Of a stretch of 64,000 nt of DNA, positions 58,001 to 64,000 are shown one piece after another. The number at the start of each line of letters is the position of its first letter. Position 1 is the stretch's first letter. A program made the position numbers and the translations under genes. Origin of the DNA: a virus (lineage: Duplodnaviria > Caudoviricetes); IMG/VR virus record IMGVR_UViG_3300028048_000056, positions 98,086 through 162,085 of that record; one strand, given 5' to 3'. The notes below the pieces were generated by a model, which saw only the letters and a program-made list of their open reading frames with translations, was not told where the DNA came from and searched no databases.

Positions 58001-58537
58001 TCTAACGGAGTAACCGATACCTTCGAGGGAATGTTAAGCAACTATGCCAGGGCATCTCAAGAAGCTCAGGCTGCTATCGCACAGTCGTCTGCAGAGTCTA
58101 ATGCCATCAGTTATGCGTCTATGGAGCAGCAGGCTAAACAATCTTCTGAATACAAACAAAAGCAGACTGAAGCACAGCAGCAGGATGCTAAGTATGAGGA
58201 AGACAAAGCAGCAGCTCGTGAACAGCAGAAGGCACAGCAGCAGGAGGAAGACCTCAGAAACATCGAAAACCACGACAACATCGTAATTATCAAAGATTAC
58301 CTGGATACATTGGACATGAGCGATTATCTACAGCCAATTCTGGAAGAGCATCGGACACATACTGAACAGATTAAAGACCTGCAAGCTACAACGACTGAGG
58401 TTATGAAACTTCTTAGCACGATGGTTGAATATCAGATGGTTGCGAGTCCTGAATTTGCTTCTACCATATCTTACGACGAGCGTTCAAGAATAATGGATAA
58501 CGGCTATGTCACCGCGACTGTGCCTGGATTCTTTTAA
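55010..58537 (+). CDS. tape measure protein
   Basis: 1175 aa, helical and A/Q/T-rich, with a GAAIGTAIGGPVG glycine zipper; upstream of baseplate genes. Confidence 0.75.
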   Translation: MPTNENNNQNAMSENTASSQDATAGDILEQLKSDSVSSGNLYKLGLKMQKSVINMDKNLTKQQKVINQAKKNLDNVTAAVTSIRKDVATAKTTLTSVDTSLKQLFNLLEKVYDTGTTPDKSLSPLLTSLDDGVRQIQALLQSQQASPQNSNGPAPSNDIDADDPLTNIDENVLDILDILSRMETLGNRGTSGSSSSSKGPTGFGDNTGVAVLNSHLARLEQEFSSLSQQLSRGEITPDEYIAETAANAQEQRATRNQMEALMNALVMSAGQYDRLENANQRFAEDVDRLSEEFANNSLTLDELNDQLRQAREQLLSHEEALKDAEAAWKDDGKFSFAKQGEEMKRKINEDFDSRKSDLFDRFEHQIPDEEGNIMDNDAFTQAMNDLMGERAEAMSSVTGLGGLVSGVDNISKIGTSLDKFIDEFSHGRTYNAQTGENKTASAAIGVVGEIGGTIAGDEVGAAIGTAIGGPVGTVVGGILGDLVGSKIEALTSIIGDRLDYLANHSKKTRDEILQAGIDKIRSDVKDMATYSIEIYETSTKSIYDAWDKNLSQITATQGYTKEALNSLQDAVAQRLQDEGYGTTINAADYLDSLANTLNANLGGTLAEAFAAQNLILQKAVPEVDLSQSAAQFAAIYANANKQTGQGEDTMIAAMNEIAGAAKALETVTEGNNQFLKETGNLLTKATEVVQIAGGNADQISGLTTQMMASEAAITSVAPQLSGFTSELVTLLMNNNDATAVSLRAIMNDMNSNIGVSATSFMKSFMDDTQGTLSTAFAAIQKFIDQNENEASRQEFLQALESVFGVQGSKLAQIDFGGVSDLISQVSTSVNMAALTNAENLVRGGETTSLEEQLVANTTNQLLATNAISTTIDNKLMRKLETNELAMERLVYSAQATQSVELAENTLSFFTKISDLIMSIIDPFGLFDMFTTSINAATSAAIDAERYLVTSTMSSIGSTVANGFAGAQNAMANTVGGATAVMAAASTKSTDAMVFAVESNGVTDTFEGMLSNYARASQEAQAAIAQSSAESNAISYASMEQQAKQSSEYKQKQTEAQQQDAKYEEDKAAAREQQKAQQQEEDLRNIENHDNIVIIKDYLDTLDMSDYLQPILEEHRTHTEQIKDLQATTTEVMKLLSTMVEYQMVASPEFASTISYDERSRIMDNGYVTATVPGFF

Positions 58538-58549
58538 GGAGGTGTCTAG

Positions 58550-59074
58550 ATGAGTTGTTTTGATACATATGCTAAAATACCGAAGACACTACCTGAAGAG
58601 CTGATTGAAGCGGCAAGAACTGATACCGGATACGGTTGCTTGGACTTGATACTCAAGGTTCGAGCAGCCAACTTCTGGCATGAAAGTCTTACTACTCTGA
58701 CCGACGCTCAGCTTATCGGGTATGTTCAAACAACTATTGATTATCTGTATCCTAATTTGGAACAGAACAATTATAACCTATATCAGACGTTGACGTTTCG
58801 GAATGAAGATAAGTCGATGGCAGACCTACTGAAAGTCATCTACAATTATCAATGGTGGCTTGGCTTTGTAGTAGGACCGAATGGTTGTACTCGTGATATA
58901 GCGTATGCTAACGAACTGCTGAATTTACCCACGAATGAAGAATGGTCAGAATTACTGGAGCAATCACTGTTGAAATTCCAGTCCCAGAATAAGTATATCG
59001 AAGAGGTTACCGGTTATGTTTGCTGCGAAACCTTCAAGCGTCTTAGATTGCTGGAGAGAGGTGATGTCGTATGA
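58550..59074 (+). CDS. hypothetical protein
   Basis: 174 aa ORF with AGGAGG SD. Confidence 0.65.
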   Translation: MSCFDTYAKIPKTLPEELIEAARTDTGYGCLDLILKVRAANFWHESLTTLTDAQLIGYVQTTIDYLYPNLEQNNYNLYQTLTFRNEDKSMADLLKVIYNYQWWLGFVVGPNGCTRDIAYANELLNLPTNEEWSELLEQSLLKFQSQNKYIEEVTGYVCCETFKRLRLLERGDVV

Positions 59075-60057
59075 AATCGGTAATTATAGTCGACGACTCA
59101 CTTACCATAGCAACGTTTCGACGTCAGACCTCGCACGCTGATGATATACTTCGCGCGAACAATCTGCCAAACCCGACTTGTCCATACCATACGATTGCCA
59201 ATCAGCTATACAATAATGATTTTCAGGCATTGACTAAGCTGGGGTTTGACCCTGACTACACAGAATCGGCTCAAATCAGGGGAGTTCAATCGCAGCTAGG
59301 TGACCGTGATAAAGCTAATGTAGTAGCGGGATTTACTCCAGCAGAGTTTATCCGATATGCTATTTTGGGTAGTGTTCCTGGCTGTCTTACAGTACCAGCT
59401 GAATACGTGGATGAGGTTACTCCTGTGTCAGGTCATACCCAGCAAGCGATACTACGAGACCTCAGCTTAGATGAAGTCAGAGAAGATTTGCGAGCTGATA
59501 CGCCTCAGCTTGAATATCCTAGAATTGATTCTGAATATGGTACGTCAGACGATAACTGGTATTGGAAGCCTCGTGGTGATGTTATGTTCCAGGTTGAAGG
59601 TCAAACTCCTCTGGAAATTCCCTGCTTCCCTGAAAGTGTGAATGACTCTACGTCAGCTACATGGTCACAAGAAATGACAACGTATCAACATTACGAACCA
59701 CAAAATACCTATAATAAATCAGGTCCTAGAGTGGTATCCTGTACGTTCAAAATTCATCGTGCTATGTGGGACGGTAATCAGGATTCTGGTAAGTCAGAAG
59801 AGCTGGTAGCCTATATGCAGTCCGCTTGCTATCCTGATTATGATACTCAGGCAAGTGAGCCTCCTAGAGTTACATTGATGATTGGTAAGTCAATTCGCAT
59901 CACTGGAATACTTACATCGATGGAAACGACGTATAGCGGCCCAATAGGTCCTGACAATAAGTACGACTGCGTCGACATCAATATATCCGTAACCGAAGAG
60001 TCTGACAACGTACTCAGCACAGACGCTGTTAGAAGTGGACTTGCTGGTTGGAGGTGA
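59071..60057 (+). CDS. tail tube initiator-like baseplate protein
   Basis: PESVNDS.SATW, Y..SGPR, PPRVTL.IG, GILTS; typical position after the tape measure gene. Confidence 0.6.
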   Translation: MKSVIIVDDSLTIATFRRQTSHADDILRANNLPNPTCPYHTIANQLYNNDFQALTKLGFDPDYTESAQIRGVQSQLGDRDKANVVAGFTPAEFIRYAILGSVPGCLTVPAEYVDEVTPVSGHTQQAILRDLSLDEVREDLRADTPQLEYPRIDSEYGTSDDNWYWKPRGDVMFQVEGQTPLEIPCFPESVNDSTSATWSQEMTTYQHYEPQNTYNKSGPRVVSCTFKIHRAMWDGNQDSGKSEELVAYMQSACYPDYDTQASEPPRVTLMIGKSIRITGILTSMETTYSGPIGPDNKYDCVDINISVTEESDNVLSTDAVRSGLAGWR

Positions 60058-60061
60058 TTAG

Positions 60062-60430
60062 ATGATAAGATATCTAAACCCATATAATTACACCAAGATA
60101 TCTAGATACGCAAAGCTAAGAACAATCAAGCGAGATGGTGTAGACAAGTCGTACCATGAGGTCGTAAATGCTACACCGCTTGTGGACGTTTCGAGCTGTC
60201 AGTTATTCAAGGTTACTGGTATTTACATTAACCGGTTGGATTTGATAGCTGATAAATTCTACGGTGATGCTGCACTGTGGTGGTATATTGCTAAGCAGAA
60301 TGGCATAACCAACTTTGAGGTAGTACCTGCTGAAACAGTGCTGCAGATACCTCCGTACGATTCGCTGATGACCGACGGACGAGTTCTCGAGCCTCTGTCT
60401 TATGTATATCTTAATCTAGGAGAGGAGTGA
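60062..60430 (+). CDS. LysM-like baseplate wedge / tail X protein
   Basis: RLDLIADKFYGDAALWWYIAKQNGI...LQIP. Confidence 0.8.
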   Translation: MIRYLNPYNYTKISRYAKLRTIKRDGVDKSYHEVVNATPLVDVSSCQLFKVTGIYINRLDLIADKFYGDAALWWYIAKQNGITNFEVVPAETVLQIPPYDSLMTDGRVLEPLSYVYLNLGEE

Positions 60431-61854
60431 CCTATATGCCGCATAAACAGCCTTATATGCAGTTCGTTATTCAGAACATAGCATTGCGTAGTCTCGGCTT
60501 TAAGGTTCCTTCTCCTCTGGTTGGCATAAATCTTACAAATTCTGAGTCCGGTATCCAGACTAATTTTAAGGTGACTGTTCATATTTTAGGTGACCAACGT
60601 AAGCAGGCTCATGTAGGTGCCTTTGAAATGATGCTGTACGAGTTTGCTCAGATGAGAGGTGACTCTACCACACCATGCTACCTAGAAATGGGTTGGGCAG
60701 ACGAAACTGGAATCCTCGAGTCTCTGTCTATTCAGGGCATCTTTATTCAGTTTACCTCGACAGTACATACCGGTTATACAGAGTATATTCTAGAAGGCAT
60801 TGGTAACTTTACCAATACAGCTACAATCAGGGGTATAGCTATTCCAGCTATCAGAGGTAACTATCGACCGTCTGAGGTAGCTGAAGCAGTGCTAGATTAT
60901 GTAAATGCAGGTGATGTCTTTGACTATGACATAGACCATGATGACGAAGTGGTACCGATTTCGAAAGCTTCTTGTGTAACCAGCCTAGGTGAGTACATCA
61001 ACGGTAGCGGAAATGCTCAAGGACTTATTCAGCAGTCTTACTGCGAAGGTTCTAGAAGCAGTGCGTACGGTTTACCTGGAAACCGAGCTACTGGAACGTA
61101 TCTTAAAGCGGGCTATACGAAAGCTGAGATACACAATCTAATGGGTTCTCCTGTAGCACAAACACAGCGTTCAGCGTCGAGTTATACCTTTAGTATAACA
61201 GAGCCGACATTCCATACCCGTGGTGTAATCCGGTATAAAAACAATGTCAACCTCGCTAACTATGTGTCAGACGATGTTCTGATGTGGGGTGGCTTGTATA
61301 CCAATATTCTATCCATTTCAGCTACTTATCAAGGTGTTACTCAGACATTGCTTGGTTCAGGTGCAACCGTACAGACGGGTATGGGTATTACCTTAAAGGG
61401 TGAGTCGTTGATTACACCTGCAAATAGACAGAACTCTTATTGTGCAACGATAGACAGTATGTTTGCTGCTGGTAATGCTCTGAACAACCTAAACGCTATT
61501 TCTACTCAATTCAATACCAATGTGCAGATTACAATCGTCGGTAAACCTAAGGTGTTCCAGGTTGCTGACGCTGTGCGAGTGGTAGTGTATACAGGAGGTA
61601 CATTAAACCCGATTACCGGTGTTTATCGTATAATTAAAGTAGCACATAATATAAACGGTACCTCCTATACGACAACACTAACGGTTCAAAGATTGGATTT
61701 GATTACTGCGAATAATACAGCAACCTCGCTTGCTGGATACACAACGACATCCCGTATCAATAATGTGCAGAGAGCTGCTGTTCAGCAGCAAAAGCTCAAT
61801 CTAGGTCAGCCATTTCAGCACATTATCAACATCTTGAAACGAGGTAAGTTATGA
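60427..61854 (+). CDS. baseplate hub (late control D / gp27-like)
   Basis: LEMGW, ITIVGKP, TGVYRIIKVAHNI...YTTTL. Confidence 0.7.
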   Translation: MTYMPHKQPYMQFVIQNIALRSLGFKVPSPLVGINLTNSESGIQTNFKVTVHILGDQRKQAHVGAFEMMLYEFAQMRGDSTTPCYLEMGWADETGILESLSIQGIFIQFTSTVHTGYTEYILEGIGNFTNTATIRGIAIPAIRGNYRPSEVAEAVLDYVNAGDVFDYDIDHDDEVVPISKASCVTSLGEYINGSGNAQGLIQQSYCEGSRSSAYGLPGNRATGTYLKAGYTKAEIHNLMGSPVAQTQRSASSYTFSITEPTFHTRGVIRYKNNVNLANYVSDDVLMWGGLYTNILSISATYQGVTQTLLGSGATVQTGMGITLKGESLITPANRQNSYCATIDSMFAAGNALNNLNAISTQFNTNVQITIVGKPKVFQVADAVRVVVYTGGTLNPITGVYRIIKVAHNINGTSYTTTLTVQRLDLITANNTATSLAGYTTTSRINNVQRAAVQQQKLNLGQPFQHIINILKRGKL

Positions 61855-62135
61855 TTAGGTATATTGGTTATGTCGAGGAAATCGACTGGAAGGATAACAC
61901 TTGTAAAGTCCGTATACCTAATCTCGACGGATTGGGCGTATCGGCTTACAATCAACCCTTGATGAGTATGCTACTTCCGAACAGACCTTCCACAGAAGCT
62001 CTGGAGAAAGCAGATATACCTTACCATATGCAAGGGCTGCGGGTAAATGATGTAGTATATGTGCTGGATTCAGAAGACCCGAATGATAATCTTGCTATCG
62101 TAGGATTCTACGGTGGTACCTACGAGGAGGGATAA
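61851..62135 (+). CDS. short baseplate spike OB-fold protein
   Basis: GYVEEID...CKVRIPNLDG, L.VNDVVYV, IVG. Confidence 0.6.
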   Translation: MIRYIGYVEEIDWKDNTCKVRIPNLDGLGVSAYNQPLMSMLLPNRPSTEALEKADIPYHMQGLRVNDVVYVLDSEDPNDNLAIVGFYGGTYEEG

Positions 62136-62137
62136 GC

Positions 62138-62536
62138 GTGTTCACGAATTCATTTTCATATCCTAATCTGTTCAATGCAGCTACAGGCAACTGCGATTTG
62201 AAAGAAGACTATGCCAGCATAGTTAATCGAGTAGGCTTGCTGATTAGGTCGTATAAAAAGGAAGAGTTCTTATTCCCCAATTTTGGCTCATATTTTCCTG
62301 ATATTCTTCTCAGCTATAATATCGCATCTGTAATCGAGAAGGCAAAAGAGAATATCAAGAATGCTATAGCAGAGTTCGAACCTTATGTGGACTCGCGTCA
62401 GATTAAAATAAATGACCTGTCTGAAGGTAATACGGTAAAACTTCAGGTAGTTCTTGTCTTAGATAAGAATTACGAGGAAATTGCCGCTACGCTTGAATGG
62501 ACATGGGATGAAAAGCAAGGAGGGACTATCACATGA
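62138..62536 (+). CDS. gp25-like baseplate wedge / sheath initiator
   Basis: SI...V.LL....K.E....PNFGS, I..AI.EFEP. Confidence 0.75.
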   Translation: MFTNSFSYPNLFNAATGNCDLKEDYASIVNRVGLLIRSYKKEEFLFPNFGSYFPDILLSYNIASVIEKAKENIKNAIAEFEPYVDSRQIKINDLSEGNTVKLQVVLVLDKNYEEIAATLEWTWDEKQGGTIT

Positions 62537-64000
62537 AATATACCAGCAGAGATGCTCAATCTAATATTCAGAACCTGGTTGAAGATGTTAAGGCAACCAC
62601 CCACATCTGGAATCCGGGTTCTGAAGCAGACCCTGGTATGATTCTACTCAAAGCATTAGCGAGCAACGTCGACTTGCTCTCATTTAACCTGGATACCCAG
62701 GTAGATGAGATGTATATGCAATCTGCAACACAGATTAAAAGCATACGTCGCTTAGGCGTAGCAAACGGGTATGTACCTGGTTGGTACCGAGCACCAAGGA
62801 CAACTATACTGATTGAGAATACCTCAGAAGAAGCATCGCTTGCTTTGGATTTCACACTACCCAACGCGGTGAACAATGTATGCTATGCAGCAACAAATGC
62901 TCTGGAGGATTTGACATCCATTCCTTATTTCATTATACCAAAGTCAGACCCTGAGTACGGTGATGTTAGCGTTAGTGATGTCGTCTCGCTTCAGCCGAAG
63001 GGTACGGTAAATGGTATCAATCAGCGTAAAGACTTTGTTGCTAGAAAAGCAGCTCAGGGTATTCTAAAGTCAGTCATTGTAAACCCCCGTATGCTGGTTA
63101 CAGACACGAAGGGTGTAAACACCTTAACATACAGACTACCAGCTCAGAATATCGATGGCGAACTAATCTGGGTACAGGAGTTATCATCTACACTCGACCC
63201 AATTAAGTTCACGAACGGTGAAAAGCCTTGGACACGAGACAAGCGAAACGACTTCATCGAATCCGAGCAGAGACGTTACCAGGTAACGGTAGATGATTAC
63301 AATAACCTGGTGCTCGTATTCAATAAATTCATCAATGATGTAATTCAGTACAACCGACTTATTCGTGTGTTCTATCTTGAAACCTACGGAGCAGCTGGTG
63401 AGGTATCTGAGAACGTCATCTCACTGTCCACCGTGGATAGTGCAGTTGCTGCTGTGCTGAATGTGACACATCCGGCTAATACATTGGATATGCCTGATGG
63501 CTCTGCACTTACTGGTAAGACCCCGCTAACTGCCGCTCAGGCTGCTGAGGAAGCAAAGCTCTACGTCAACACCAACGATTCTATAATCACTCTGAAAAAC
63601 TTTATTGCTTGGATTAATCGACAAGCAGGCATCGACTGCGGTACAGCAGTTGATTGCCAGAAGGCTCTGGAGATTAATGGGGCTTATAAGTTCGATGAGG
63701 ATATGGACGAGGAACTCAAGCCTAAGAAATACCTATACCCTGGTCCTAGCATCGAACAGGGATACGACTTCCCCGGCTGGACTGCTGATGATGCGTATGA
63801 CCCGCTTACCGGTACTATGTTTATCGTAGGCGGTAAGGATTATGACTTCCCACATAAGTTCATGACCAGAAAGATCTTGTTCTACTGTGTATTCAATAAC
63901 TTCCTTGAAAAGTGGAGTACCGGTTATAAGAACGAAGCAGGCAAGCAGTGTCTGATGGACGGAGTTACCGAGTGGGAAGGTGACACATCTGAGTGGAGCA
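62533..64000 (+). CDS. T4 gp6 / baseplate J-like wedge protein, runs off right edge (absent from the ORF track)
   Basis: ATG 62533; MKYTSRD...W...SEADPGMILLKALA...DLLSFNLD.QVDE.Y.QSA. Confidence 0.85.
   Translation, partial: MKYTSRDAQSNIQNLVEDVKATTHIWNPGSEADPGMILLKALASNVDLLSFNLDTQVDEMYMQSATQIKSIRRLGVANGYVPGWYRAPRTTILIENTSEEASLALDFTLPNAVNNVCYAATNALEDLTSIPYFIIPKSDPEYGDVSVSDVVSLQPKGTVNGINQRKDFVARKAAQGILKSVIVNPRMLVTDTKGVNTLTYRLPAQNIDGELIWVQELSSTLDPIKFTNGEKPWTRDKRNDFIESEQRRYQVTVDDYNNLVLVFNKFINDVIQYNRLIRVFYLETYGAAGEVSENVISLSTVDSAVAAVLNVTHPANTLDMPDGSALTGKTPLTAAQAAEEAKLYVNTNDSIITLKNFIAWINRQAGIDCGTAVDCQKALEINGAYKFDEDMDEELKPKKYLYPGPSIEQGYDFPGWTADDAYDPLTGTMFIVGGKDYDFPHKFMTRKILFYCVFNNFLEKWSTGYKNEAGKQCLMDGVTEWEGDTSEWS

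Noticed and set aside
1-64000. tRNA genes, CRISPR arrays, integrase or transposase, stop-codon reassignment
   Set aside because: No cloverleafs, repeat-spacer arrays or recombinase motifs were noticed, and genes are full-length and tightly packed under the standard code.

Overview
This window is part of a large lytic myovirus-type phage genome. The host is inferred to be an anaerobic Firmicute (Clostridia-like), from the SigA-type -10 boxes, strong SD sequences, B. subtilis-type QueF, RecU and NrdD/G. Genes run leftward up to about 18.1 kb and rightward after it. The left arm carries DUF932, an endonuclease IV-like enzyme, two paralogous GT-A glycosyltransferases, a virion cell-wall-hydrolase cluster, a 5'-3' exonuclease and an SNF2 helicase. 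A TGT-fold DpdA-like guanine transglycosylase sits directly upstream of a bacterial-style replisome (SSB, beta-clamp, RecU, DnaX, delta', delta, DnaC-like loader, RecD/Dda, DnaB, primase). Tail genes, a sigma factor and a decayed LigA-like gene follow. A ~10 kb island (preQ1-like tandem pseudoknot leader, yhhQ, queA, queF, queC, HNH-queD, queE, folE, PRTase, nrdD, nrdG) is wedged between the tail chaperone and the tape measure gene, and contractile baseplate genes end the window. The best candidate for a new system is a pathway that could go beyond known phage 7-deazaguanine DNA marks: GTP to preQ0 to preQ1, insertion into DNA by DpdA, QueA-made (epoxy)queuosine, then possible glycosylation. 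All parts lie under one phage-specific promoter motif, AACTTCG-N20/21-TATAAT, found in 15 copies. All protein calls come from motifs read by eye; no database searches were run.
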